64,000 bases of DNA from Parcubacteria group bacterium LiPW_15 (GTDB taxonomy: Bacteria; Patescibacteriota; Minisyncoccia; UBA6257; 2-01-FULL-56-20): positions 81,553 through 145,552 of the forward strand of contig VMER01000003.1 of assembly GCA_007375645.1 (NCBI GenBank), given 5' to 3'. Positions 9,301 through 18,477 of this stretch are shown piece by piece. The translations under genes and the position numbers were made by a program. The stretch's first letter is position 1; each line of letters begins with the position of its first letter. The notes below the pieces were generated by a model that saw nothing but the letters and a program-made list of their open reading frames with translations, was not told where the DNA came from and ran no database searches.

Positions 9301-10191
9301 TTATAGATCTATATCTACATTAACCCCTCCGCGGATCTCTCCGTTCCTCCCGCGATCCTCACTTTTCGTGGAGGTCGCATCGTCATCATCGTCATCTCCA
9401 GAAAGATCATCATTGCCTATCTTAAGGTCAATTCTGATCTCACTTGAAAACCTCGCCTCCTGAGCGGCGCGCAACGCATCCTGGGCTAGATCAAAAGCGG
9501 CGCTGTAATCGGCGGCGGAGAATTTTACCTGCGCATCCGCAAGCAATTTTTCCGCGACCGAGATCTTCGCCTGCGCTTCGGCTTTGGTCGTAGTGCTTAC
9601 ACCTTGTTTGTCCAAAAATGCCTTGACCGAAGCGATAACATTAGAGGCCGCGTTAATTTTCCCTTCGGCGGAATTTTTTCCGCCTTCTGAATCTGCCTCT
9701 TCGCTTTTCTCATCGTCTTCGGCATCCACCCTTAATCTGGCGGCGTCCCGCACTTCCGAGTCAACATCGATCTTTTTACCTCCGTCTTTAATGCGGGCAA
9801 GGACTTCGCTTCGAACCCTCAATTTCGCTTCCAATTCTCCCGCTAAAGCAGCTGCCACTTTCGCATTGCCGCCATCTTTTATTTTCTCTATTCTGGCTTC
9901 TGCGGAATCGGCATGGACTTTAAAAGCTGTTCCAAGCTTGGTTTCCCAGTCCGTGCCCAGCCTGCTTTCCAACGCCAGCTTCGCAGCTTCATCCAGGCGA
10001 ACCCCGGCGAGATTCGAATCCCACGCGGCCCTGGCTTCGTCCGAAAATTTGAACGCCCCCGCGACTTTTTCGTTTATCCCGACTTTGACCGGATAGAGCG
10101 CGTCTCCCGGCAGAGAACCCTGTGCGGCGATGGAAGCTCCTCCACCTCCGCCCAAGATGACTATCAACGCTATTAATGCGCCTATTGGCAT
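9301..10191 (-). CDS. secreted coiled-coil protein, DUF5667-like, with an acidic C-terminus
   Basis: N-terminal signal/TM segment, LPGDALYPVK motif near the N-terminus, Ala/Lys-rich repeats, poly-Asp tract (DDDDDD). DUF5667 is a family common in CPR genomes. Confidence 0.5.
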   Translation of the reverse strand: MPIGALIALIVILGGGGGASIAAQGSLPGDALYPVKVGINEKVAGAFKFSDEARAAWDSNLAGVRLDEAAKLALESRLGTDWETKLGTAFKVHADSAEARIEKIKDGGNAKVAAALAGELEAKLRVRSEVLARIKDGGKKIDVDSEVRDAARLRVDAEDDEKSEEADSEGGKNSAEGKINAASNVIASVKAFLDKQGVSTTTKAEAQAKISVAEKLLADAQVKFSAADYSAAFDLAQDALRAAQEARFSSEIRIDLKIGNDDLSGDDDDDDATSTKSEDRGRNGEIRGGVNVDIDL

Positions 10192-10328
10192 GTTTTTTAT
10201 TATTTTTGGTTTATATGGGGACCCTTTACATAAGTATAGACGAATGGGTTTGAAATCTATTACAAATTCTGTTCGGACGTTTACACGATAAAATATCGAG
10301 ACGCGCGGCCATTTGGTATAATAGAGAC

Positions 10329-11333
10329 ATGGTAGAGTCGGATAAGGAAAAGAGGATAAGATTTCCGAGCGGAACTCAGGCGATATTCATCGACAAATGT
10401 CTTGAGGTATTAAATATCACAACGGCACGATTCGCCGAAATGACAGGCGTAAACCCTCGAACCGCAGCGGACTGGCGAAGAGGTAAATTTTTAATGTCAG
10501 CATATGCTGCAAAACTGATTAGCCTGAAAAGTGCAATTTCTATTCCGCCTGGCGCAAAGTCGGAATTGCGCTACTGGTATGTAAATAAGGGCGCAAAGAT
10601 GGGCGGGAAGGCAACATATAAAAAATACAGTCAGGTTGGCGGTAGCGCAGAAAACCGCAAAAAGCTTTGGCGGGAGTGGTGGGAAAAAGAAGGTAGGCTC
10701 AAAAGCAATCCTTTGTTTGCGCCCAAGCCGATTTACGAACCGAAAGCTAGCTCAACCCTTGCCGAATTTGTGGGCATTATGATGGGTGATGGATCCATAA
10801 CCAAATCACAAATAACGATAACCCTGCACCACACAGACGATCTGGCATATAGTAAATTCGTAACAAAACTGATTCAAAGACTGTTTCATGTGCAGCCTAG
10901 TGTCTATCACTCAGAAAAGAGTTCGGTCAACGACATAGTGGTTTCGCGAGTAGTATTGGTAAAATATTTAAATTCTCTTGGACTGCCGATTGGTAATAAA
11001 GTAAAGCAGCGATTCGATATTCCAAACTGGATTAAGACCAATAAAAAATTTTCTGTGGCATGCGTACGAGGACTCATCGACACCGATGGCTCCGTTTTTA
11101 ATCATCGATATTGGGTTCGAGGAAAAAGGTATTCCTATAAAAAATTGGACTTTGCCAGCGCATCACACCCACTGCTACACTCCGTATTCTTAATTATGAG
11201 AGATAACGGCCTAAACCCACGAATAACAAAAGATGGAAGAAAAATACGGTTGGAGAGAGTTGAGGACGTAGAAAAGTATTTCAAAACGTTCAAGCCAAGC
11301 AACGAAAAACATTTGAAAAGATACCAAAATTGA
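10329..11333 (+). mobile_element. free-standing double-motif LAGLIDADG homing endonuclease
   Basis: Two LAGLIDADG motifs (GIMMGDGSI and GLIDTDGSV) spaced about 100 aa apart, plus an about 130-aa basic N-terminal extension. No host gene or intron context was detected; it lies directly upstream of tRNA-Ser. Confidence 0.75.
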
Positions 11334-11353
11334 GTTAAGGTTTATCTGCAAAA

Positions 11354-11442
11354 GGAGGGGTCGGATAATGGTTATTCCAACGGTTTGCTAAACCGTGCTG
11401 CGTAACAGCGGCCTGTGGGTTCGAGTCCCACCCCCTCCGCCA
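11354..11442 (+). tRNA. tRNA-Ser(GCT)
   Basis: GGAGGGG-TC-GGATAATGGTTATTCC-A-ACGGT-TTGCTAA-ACCGT-GCTGCGTAACAGCGGCC-TGTGGGTTCGAGTCCCAC-CCCCTCC-G-CCA. Class II long variable arm; CCA is encoded. Confidence 0.8.
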
Positions 11443-11496
11443 GATTACCAAGTTTGAACTCAAGTAAAATAAGGCTTATTTTGCTAAAATAGAAAT

Positions 11497-12453
11497 ATGA
11501 AATTTGAAGAAAGCCCACAACCTAATACTGTAGAAAATTCAGAACCACGAAAAAATTTGCAACGCGCATTACATTTTGATGCTGTCGAGCTTACCCCCGA
11601 ACAAGATTTTCCAGTTAATATTCGTGTTCGGAAAGAACCGATTGAGGTTCTTGATGGCGACAATCTCGGTTCTAACTCTGTGGAAGTTAAATTTGAGAAT
11701 GAAGCTTTAGCTCTCATGGAGGAAGCGGAAAAATTAGCCGAACTCCCTGAAGAGGAACGCCTTGGGGCTCTGACAGAATTAGTCCGAAGTAAATTGAAAT
11801 ATCCATACCCTGATGTTATGGAAGCAGCTCAAGCAGAAAATCCTGAACTCAAAGAATGGTTTGAAAAACGCTTTGGTAAAAATCCAAGTATTGGAAACCT
11901 TTCACTCAACGACTTTTTAAGAAATGGTTATGGCGATTGTAAAATTATGGCGGCCGCATATCTTATTGCGGCTCAATCGGCAAAAATGAAAGGTATTTAC
12001 GCAAATAGTGGAACTAGTCTGAAAAATGTGGTGCGGCCGGATACTGGTCAGCCAGTTTTCAAGTCGGTAGAACTTGATAGAGATACAAATTCGGCTCATG
12101 CTTGGGTTGAAATTCAACTGTCTGATGGAAGATGGATTCCTGTTGATCCAACGACCAACATGACAGGTCTTGGAGAAATGATAGAAGTTTTTAGACAAGC
12201 TGGATATAATGTTCCTGTCGGCTTTAAGTCGCAAACTCCTCAAGAATTAGAACTTGAACGTGATGGTTCTTATTTTGCGCCCGGCGAAGCAGAAAAGGAG
12301 CTACACTTAAAATTAAAGATTGGAAGTGTAATGACATTCGGTAAGGGTTCCCAAACAAAAAGATTAAAAACGGATAAATTTTCTGGAAGCGTAGACTTAA
12401 ATCTTGCTTCAAGTACAGATTCAAAAAGCACAAATCTTGATTTTGTTGAATAA
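11497..12453 (+). CDS. transglutaminase-like (papain-fold) cysteine protease domain protein
   Basis: Cys-His-Asp triad context: GYGDCKIMAAAY .. SAHAWVEIQLSDGRWIPVDPT. About 120 aa of low-complexity N-terminus. Confidence 0.6.
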   Translation: MKFEESPQPNTVENSEPRKNLQRALHFDAVELTPEQDFPVNIRVRKEPIEVLDGDNLGSNSVEVKFENEALALMEEAEKLAELPEEERLGALTELVRSKLKYPYPDVMEAAQAENPELKEWFEKRFGKNPSIGNLSLNDFLRNGYGDCKIMAAAYLIAAQSAKMKGIYANSGTSLKNVVRPDTGQPVFKSVELDRDTNSAHAWVEIQLSDGRWIPVDPTTNMTGLGEMIEVFRQAGYNVPVGFKSQTPQELELERDGSYFAPGEAEKELHLKLKIGSVMTFGKGSQTKRLKTDKFSGSVDLNLASSTDSKSTNLDFVE

Positions 12454-12670
12454 GATATGTTCAGGCGGGCGCGATTTGATTAGAAAACATCACATTCAGA
12501 TTGAGTAATCTACCGCATTTTGTCCCTTGCATGATTTCGGCTTAGACACCTCAAACCATTCTGGGTGAATTTTGTAGATAGCCCTTAGTTTCTGTATACT
12601 TTTATCAAGATTCTCGAATTTGAGCCGTGTTTTCGGTTCAAACTTCGGGACATCGTCCCCGCCCTAAAAC

Positions 12671-12700
12671 AAAAATAGCCCACCAATGGGCTATTTTTGT
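12671..12700. terminator. bidirectional terminator between convergent genes
   Basis: AAAAATAGCCCA-CCAA-TGGGCTATTTTT. Confidence 0.7.
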
Positions 12701-12730
12701 TCGGGCGCGAGCAGTTCGGCTCCCATCCGC

Positions 12731-13408
12731 CTATGCGGACGGCCGCCTCTCCACGCTCTCATATAAATCTCCGCCACAGTTATCACAAGGTTCCCCTATC
12801 TCAAGCTTGATAACCTCGGCATTTCCAATATCTAACCCCGTAGACTTAGCGTGCTCGATCTTCCTGATATTCTTAAGAACCAAGCCTAGTAATGCGCCGT
12901 GAGATACGAGCACCACGTTTTTATGCTCATGATCCTTCCGATGATTGAGCAATGCTTTCATCGCCCTCTCCTCGACTTCTTCAAATGTTTCGCCCCCAAG
13001 CTCTTTATAGGGCCGGTCAAGAAAGCTACCGTATTTTTCATTTACTTCCGGAATATACATACCCTCCAGACTACCGCAATAAAGTTCCCGTAAAGATCTG
13101 TCGAGAATTATCTCAGCGCCGGTAGCTTTGGCGATTATCTCTGCCGTTTTTCTTGCGCGCACCAAATCAGAGCTCACGATCAAATCAATGTGCTTATCCT
13201 TCAAAAGGTTTGCAGTGGCTTCGGCTTGCTTTATGCCGGTTTCATTTAGGGGCATGTCGGTTTGTCCAAGTATGCGCTCCTCTTTGTTCCAATCGGTTTC
13301 GCCGTGCCGAACCAAAAACCAGTTTGATTTTATTTTCAAATCAGAATACTCCTTGCCACAGCCCATGCAAAAATAATTTGGCATGAACATATTGTACCCT
13401 TTATTCAA
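12731..13408 (-). CDS. histidine phosphatase family protein (phosphoglycerate-mutase-like) with flanking CxxC pairs
   Basis: RHG motif LVRHGETDWN and a downstream catalytic His (LVSHGALL). CMGCG at the N-terminus and CDNCGG at the C-terminus suggest a split zinc ribbon. Confidence 0.65.
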   Translation of the reverse strand: MNKGYNMFMPNYFCMGCGKEYSDLKIKSNWFLVRHGETDWNKEERILGQTDMPLNETGIKQAEATANLLKDKHIDLIVSSDLVRARKTAEIIAKATGAEIILDRSLRELYCGSLEGMYIPEVNEKYGSFLDRPYKELGGETFEEVEERAMKALLNHRKDHEHKNVVLVSHGALLGLVLKNIRKIEHAKSTGLDIGNAEVIKLEIGEPCDNCGGDLYESVERRPSA

Positions 13409-13458
13409 ACTTTAGCGATTCGGTAAAGATACGGCGAGCAGTTCTACCCCACCCCACG

Positions 13459-13492
13459 TTTTGCGAATCCCGTTTTGGGTATATATTTGTAG
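13459..13492 (+). promoter_or_regulatory. promoter-like repeat copy 1: TTGCGA-N15-TATATA within TTTTGCGAA..CCGTTTTGGGTATATATTTGTAG
   Basis: A 23-nt core identical to 15233-15256; sigma70-like -35/-10 spacing; 19 nt upstream of the ATG at 13511. Confidence 0.45.
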
Positions 13493-13510
13493 ATAGAAGC
13501 TTTTAGCCAA

Positions 13511-14680
13511 ATGAATTATCAAAAAAATATTTTCCGGCGATACGCCATTCACGCCTTTTTCCAACGCTTTGCCCAGTTTGTATTTTTTGGATTTGGTAGT
13601 TTACTGATATACACCAAAACGCAATCGGTCGTTTGGACAATACTTTTTGGGCTTCTGGGAACAGTCACGAATATCGGAATATTATTATTCCCGCATTGGT
13701 GGTGGAGATGGTTGGCACAAAAGAATTTACAACAAGCGATGATTGTCGGGATGTTGCTTTTTGCTGTCGCTGATTTCGGAATATATTATTTGCCGACAGA
13801 TATTCATAATTTCAGTGTTTTTCTGATGCTTCTTGCGATTCTGCACTCTTTTGGAAACCAAATTTATTGGGCTCCTTCTAATGCTATATTTTTCAATGCC
13901 CTTGGATCGCTTGATTCTCCCGGAAAATACAGCGGGATTATGTCGATCGTCGAGATGATCAGTGCTACATTGGCCGGTGTAGCTGGATTACTCTTGAGTG
14001 ATCCGGCCCGCTTTCTATATCTATGGCCGCTCGGTGGCACCGTGCTCCTTTTAAGTATTTTGCCATTATTGGGGTTACATATTTCTTTTGAGGATCACCT
14101 TTCAACCATTCAAGGATTCAAAAAACTTTCGCTTTCGGCGATTCTCGCGAATATAAATCCCGATCATCGGTTTCAGATCACCGCTATTCCGCTTCTTTTA
14201 GTCTTTCTCTTTAAATCCTTAAATGTCTCTATTTGGATTACCGGCATCACATTTCTTGCGTCCGTGTTGATATCGTATATTGCGGGAAGATATAAGGACA
14301 GTAGCCGTCCTTTTCCTTATATCATTGCAACTATCAGCTTAGGATTGATGTGGATTTTATACGCTTTTGCGAAAACCCCACTCATTTTTATCCTTCTGGG
14401 CGTTGGAGTTCAACTCGCATCGCTTATGCTTGATGTGGGACGCGAAGCTCGCCTGGGACGAGAGGTGGTAAATTCCGGCAATCCGTTAAACACTGCTTTT
14501 GCGATTGAGTGCTCCAGGGCAATTGGAGGAACAATCAGTTTTTCTGTTTTGCTTGTGGTATATCTTATTTATGGTCCAACTGCGCAATTATTTCTGGCAC
14601 TTGGAGTTATTTTTATATTACCAAGGGCACGGTATGCAATCGGGAATATAGACGGCGCGCTCCACTCGCCGCGGGCATAG
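13511..14680 (+). CDS. multi-pass membrane transporter (MFS-like)
   Basis: 389 aa with about 12 hydrophobic helices in a two-halves architecture. Composition-based call. Confidence 0.45.
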   Translation: MNYQKNIFRRYAIHAFFQRFAQFVFFGFGSLLIYTKTQSVVWTILFGLLGTVTNIGILLFPHWWWRWLAQKNLQQAMIVGMLLFAVADFGIYYLPTDIHNFSVFLMLLAILHSFGNQIYWAPSNAIFFNALGSLDSPGKYSGIMSIVEMISATLAGVAGLLLSDPARFLYLWPLGGTVLLLSILPLLGLHISFEDHLSTIQGFKKLSLSAILANINPDHRFQITAIPLLLVFLFKSLNVSIWITGITFLASVLISYIAGRYKDSSRPFPYIIATISLGLMWILYAFAKTPLIFILLGVGVQLASLMLDVGREARLGREVVNSGNPLNTAFAIECSRAIGGTISFSVLLVVYLIYGPTAQLFLALGVIFILPRARYAIGNIDGALHSPRA

Positions 14681-14691
14681 ACATAAGAAAT

Positions 14692-14726
14692 ATGGCAAGC
14701 GAAATTTTCTATACGATTCAATAAAG
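14692..14726 (+). repeat. 35-nt direct repeat copy 1 (ATGGCAAGCGAAATTTTCTATACGATTCAATAAAG)
   Basis: Perfect copy of 15621-15655. Here it lies just after the stop of the MFS-like gene and out of frame with it. Confidence 0.7.
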
Positions 14727-14945
14727 AAGTGGCGGACTACGGCGAGCACGGCCCGCCAGGTCGGCGACTTTCTGCCGTGAATCTGCCGTCAAAGAAAAAT
14801 GGGTTATAGTTCAAACATTGGAATTTACACTCCGTCTTGCTCTTGAGACACAAAGGAGTCCCAATTAATAAAAACCAAGAGCCCCAAATTATCCAGCAAT
14901 AAAAGGTCGATTGGATAATATAACTCAATTTTTATCACACTCCTT

Positions 14946-15134
14946 ATGGACAAAAATGAAGACGACAAGCTCACCCTAACCGCGGATGAGAGGTATTGGT
15001 TGGAGCGAAGCCCGCGAAGAAGGAAATGGGATGAGTGGGGCTCCCCGGTCGGATTAAGTCTTGGTTGGGCTATATTCATAGTCTCAATCGGATTCTTTCT
15101 CTACCTTCTGCACCTGGCGGGACTCCTAGGCTAG
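14946..15134 (+). CDS. small hypothetical membrane protein (62 aa)
   Basis: C-terminal TM helix, followed by a strong bidirectional terminator at 15143-15175. No clear SD. Confidence 0.3.
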   Translation: MDKNEDDKLTLTADERYWLERSPRRRKWDEWGSPVGLSLGWAIFIVSIGFFLYLLHLAGLLG

Positions 15135-15142
15135 CGGATCCT

Positions 15143-15175
15143 AAAAACCGGCTTTTATAAAAGCCGGTTTTTAGT
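15143..15175. terminator. bidirectional terminator
   Basis: AAAAACCGGCTTTT-ATA-AAAGCCGGTTTTT. Confidence 0.7.
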
Positions 15176-15222
15176 TATAAGGTTTGGGAAGCGAACTCAC
15201 CAACAAAAGCGGAATGCTCGGT

Positions 15223-15256
15223 TTTTGCGAACGCCGTTTTGGGTATATATTTGTAG
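15223..15256 (+). promoter_or_regulatory. promoter-like repeat copy 2 (TTGCGA-N15-TATATA)
   Basis: Same 23-nt core as 13470-13492; 5 nt upstream of the ATG at 15261. Confidence 0.45.
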
Positions 15257-15260
15257 GTAT

Positions 15261-15653
15261 ATGAATCGAAAAAACTGGATTGCACTTTTGGCGGCCTTAA
15301 TCGTAATCTCAGCCGGAGCAGTGGTTTATTTTGCTATCGGCAACAAAACGACACCGCCCCAAACCGTGACCGCATCAATGTGGCCGGATGTTAAGAGTTT
15401 TGATGTGGCCGATAAAACTTTCGAGGCTAAGGATTTGAACACGGGCGAAAAAATTAAGGTCTTAACTGACGCCTCTACGAAGTATTACAAAATAGTCTAC
15501 GAAGCACCCTCCCCGAGTGATTATTTTGATTTTCAGAGCCTATATTCCTTGCTTAAAAATTGGGAAGGGCCGACCTGGCGCTTCACCCTCAATGGAACCG
15601 TCCAGAATGACGGTTCCATAATGGCAAGCGAAATTTTCTATACGATTCAATAA
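15261..15653 (+). CDS. hypothetical membrane-anchored protein; its last 11 codons are the 35-nt repeat (…MASEIFYTIQ*)
   Basis: ATG at 15261 (MNRKNWIALLAALIVISAGAVVYF..). The ORF-track start at 15225 is a TTG inside the promoter repeat. Confidence 0.45.
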   Translation: MNRKNWIALLAALIVISAGAVVYFAIGNKTTPPQTVTASMWPDVKSFDVADKTFEAKDLNTGEKIKVLTDASTKYYKIVYEAPSPSDYFDFQSLYSLLKNWEGPTWRFTLNGTVQNDGSIMASEIFYTIQ

Positions 15654-15655
15654 AG
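15621..15655 (+). repeat. 35-nt direct repeat copy 2
   Basis: Identical to 14692-14726. Here it is in frame and supplies the C-terminal 10 aa and the stop codon. Confidence 0.7.
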
Positions 15656-15701
15656 GCATAGAGAGAGGTAATACCCACCCCAACTTCGCCATCCTGAATC
15701 C

Positions 15702-16186
15702 ATGCCCGACGACCCCGAAAAACACTTTCAAGTTGCCCTGGAAGCCAAACTCAAAAAGTTCGGCGTGTGGTTTAACTTTATCGAGAAACCGGAGTCCACA
15801 ATACATACCGCGGACGCGGCAGGTATAACCGGAATCGAGCTTCACCGGATCTCAAAGAATCTAATGGCCCAAACGAATGATGGGCGCTACGCGGCGCTAA
15901 TCGTGCCCGGAGATATGCGCGTGGACTACAAAGCGGCGGCCAAGCTCCTCGACGCAAAAAATATCAGCCTAGTCCCGTTCGCTGAGGCGCACAAAATAAG
16001 CGGTATCCCCCAGGCGGAACGCCATCTATCGGCTACGAGAAAAAAGTGGAAGTTATTTTGGACGAAGAGCTCACCAAATACGAAACGTTTTATTGCGGAG
16101 GAGGTTCGACCAGAATGCTCTTAGAACTAAAACGAGACGACGTCATCAAGGTGAATAACGCGAAAGTCGGAAAGATATCGCAATAA
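15702..16186 (+). pseudogene. YbaK/ProX-type aminoacyl-tRNA deacylase, frameshifted at a C5 run (16007-16011)
   Basis: The first frame gives ..IHTADAAGITGIELHRISKNLM..ALIVPGDMRVDYKAAAKLL. The conserved C-terminus (..GIPPGGTPSIGYEKKVEVILDEEL..FYCGGGSTRMLLEL..) continues in the +1 frame to the TAA at 16184-16186. Adding one C restores a full-length protein. Confidence 0.65.
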
Positions 16187-16209
16187 CAATAATTAACCGT
16201 TAAATCCAC

Positions 16210-16461
16210 GTGAACAAAAAAGAAATTGTCGGCGGTGTCGTGCACAAATTGCCGCCAGATTTGCGAGACGCTCTTATTTCAACGCCCGCGGCGCTCAAGT
16301 TGTGGAACGATATCACACCATTGGCACGCAATGAGTGGATATGCTGGGTTACATCCGGTAAAAAAATAGAAACGAGAGGTATCCGTATCGAAAAGGCACT
16401 CTCAAAGCTTAAGGGCGGAATGCGCAGGCCCTGTTGTTGGGCGGGCTGTATTCATCGCTAA
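16210..16461 (+). CDS. YdeI/OmpD-associated family protein (bacteriocin-protection-like)
   Basis: KLPPDLRDALISTPAALKLWNDITPLARNEWICWVTSGKKIETRGIRIEKAL matches the family pattern. Confidence 0.6.
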   Translation: MNKKEIVGGVVHKLPPDLRDALISTPAALKLWNDITPLARNEWICWVTSGKKIETRGIRIEKALSKLKGGMRRPCCWAGCIHR

Positions 16462-16523
16462 AATTAAAAAGGGCGCCACCATTGGTGACGCCAGGGAACC
16501 CGTCGAAGGTGCTTGTTTGCCGC

Positions 16524-16919
16524 TTAAGAGTTCGGAGCCTGCTCCGCGAAGAAGTCGCAGAGCTCCTTTATCTTGGCGTTGGGGACAGCCACGTCGGCGG
16601 CTTCGAGAAGGGCTGGAAGGGCTTTGTAGACGTCGGGAACACTCCGATAGTGGAAATTGAGTTCCGAGTCGAAGTCGACAAAGTCCCTATCACCAAACCT
16701 CACGAAAACGTCATCCTTCCCGAAGGATCGATGCTTGCCGGCGACGAACGAAAGCGGGATGCTCTCGCCGACGGGCACGCTGAAAATCACTGCCCCCACC
16801 CTCCAGCGCTGTCCCGATCTCTGCACCAGCGACAGCAAGGCGGGGAGCATGCGCTTGACGAACCTGCTCTTCCGATCGTTCTCCTCGATCCCCGCATCGA
16901 TCTTTTCGATGTCGTACAT
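16524..16919 (-). CDS. hypothetical protein in a GC-rich patch
   Basis: AAGGAG ribosome-binding site 5 nt upstream of the ATG at 16919. The overlapping ORFs in other frames are judged spurious. Confidence 0.4.
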   Translation of the reverse strand: MYDIEKIDAGIEENDRKSRFVKRMLPALLSLVQRSGQRWRVGAVIFSVPVGESIPLSFVAGKHRSFGKDDVFVRFGDRDFVDFDSELNFHYRSVPDVYKALPALLEAADVAVPNAKIKELCDFFAEQAPNS

Positions 16920-17079
16920 ACCATTCTCCTTCCATGTCTGAATGGCCTGTCGGCCTCCGGAATTGCACCGGCGAACTATGACAAACGTCCGCGAACATTG
17001 TATAAATATGGCAACGATTCGTCAACATAAACGCTTCGACTCTTTTGTTGGATTTCTAAAAATGAATTAATCTAAAGCA

Positions 17080-17607
17080 ATGAACAATCCCTCAAGCAAC
17101 AAAGGCTCCGTAAATATAATCCTGGTCATAATAATCGTTCTCTTATTAGGCACGGTCGGCTACCTTGCGACGAGAACTCCCTCCCCTCTCCCCGCGCCGG
17201 CAAATGAGGCTCCTGACTACAACGCGAATGAGAATAAAATAATAAGCGACCTCCTTTCATCCTGGGTTGCGACCCAAGCTAAGTTCGCGATAAAAGCGAG
17301 CGAGAGCGGAACCTACAATCAACCGAACAAAGTTCAATTCATCGCCTCCACGACCTTGCTCGTCCACTATGACGACGGCCTAGTTGATCACATTTCTGTA
17401 TTGCGATACCAAAACGGCACGCTTACCGAACTCAAGAATGTCGGAGTTATGAGCACAATGCCCCAAGACGCATGGCAAGCACTCGTCGATGTTTACGGCG
17501 ACAGTAAATATCCGGTCGGTAGCTACACGACCAACGTTTTTAGAAACGGCAAGGGAATAGAATATCCCGAGCTTACAAAGGTGCCGGAAAATATTTTTGT
17601 GAGATAA
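17080..17607 (+). CDS. hypothetical secreted / membrane-anchored protein
   Basis: N-terminal TM segment (VNIILVIIIVLLLGTVGYL). Its stop overlaps the next start (ATAATGG). Confidence 0.5.
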   Translation: MNNPSSNKGSVNIILVIIIVLLLGTVGYLATRTPSPLPAPANEAPDYNANENKIISDLLSSWVATQAKFAIKASESGTYNQPNKVQFIASTTLLVHYDDGLVDHISVLRYQNGTLTELKNVGVMSTMPQDAWQALVDVYGDSKYPVGSYTTNVFRNGKGIEYPELTKVPENIFVR

Positions 17608-17924
17608 TGGAAAACTCTTCTTCTGATGCTCCGAAAAAATTAGGCTACCAACGGCTTTTGGACATGTCTGCTTTCCCGGAAGAACAACGCAAAGAAGCTA
17701 TCGGGGCGATAATCGCCGAACTTCAGAATCGCAAAGAAAATCCAAACGAGTTTTACGCAAAGTTCGGATCGGACCAAACCGCCTCAAAAATCATCCTTGA
17801 GTTGGCTCACGAAAATAGCTTTAAGGCGGAAAATATCAACAAAGTGGGAAATCCTAGCGGCAAAGACCGCAAAGCCATATACGATCTTGTGAATAAAAAA
17901 GTAGATTTTTTGTTGTGGAGATAA
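17607..17924 (+). CDS. hypothetical protein (105 aa), translationally coupled to the upstream gene
   Basis: TAA/ATG overlap at 17604-17609. Confidence 0.45.
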   Translation: MENSSSDAPKKLGYQRLLDMSAFPEEQRKEAIGAIIAELQNRKENPNEFYAKFGSDQTASKIILELAHENSFKAENINKVGNPSGKDRKAIYDLVNKKVDFLLWR

Positions 17925-18041
17925 TAAATCCGTAAGCGACCGGCAAATACTTTTGTTGAGTTCCAGAGAACGAAATAAACTTGACTGTTCGGTAAGTTTG
18001 TATTATTCTTCTCGAGGTTCAAAACAACTGAAGGAGAGTGT

Positions 18042-18377
18042 ATGAAGGACGTACCGCGAGTCGACCAAGACGCCCCGTTCGGCTGCATCACCGAGGGCTG
18101 TAAGGGTGTCGTCGTTTTCCAAAGCACGCGCCTCACAGACGAGGCCGGCAAGGTCACGAGAACCAGGCCCAGGATCGTGAGCGGCGGGTGGCTCATCGAA
18201 CCGTACCCCGAGCCGAACTGGATTGGCAGATACAGCAACCCGATGCTTCAGGCGGAACGTAACGAATACAACGCCGTCCCGAAAAGCGCGATCTGTCCGC
18301 ACTGCCGAAAGGCGGACAAGTTCGCCGAGGACATCCGAGCGGGAGTCATCCTCGTCACCGAAACGCTCTCCTGCTGA
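18042..18377 (+). CDS. hypothetical zinc-ribbon protein (CxxxxC...CxxC) in a GC-rich patch
   Basis: GAAGGAGAG SD 6 nt upstream. Strong terminator at 18401-18424 (CCCCGACC..GGTCGGGG followed by TTTTT). Confidence 0.5.
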   Translation: MKDVPRVDQDAPFGCITEGCKGVVVFQSTRLTDEAGKVTRTRPRIVSGGWLIEPYPEPNWIGRYSNPMLQAERNEYNAVPKSAICPHCRKADKFAEDIRAGVILVTETLSC

Positions 18378-18477
18378 CAAAAGCACCCTCCCCTTTCCCG
18401 CCCCGACCCAGGTCGGGGTTTTTAGTTCTAAAATCTCAGGCAAAGCCCGTGGATTCGACAAGCTCACCACACAAAGA

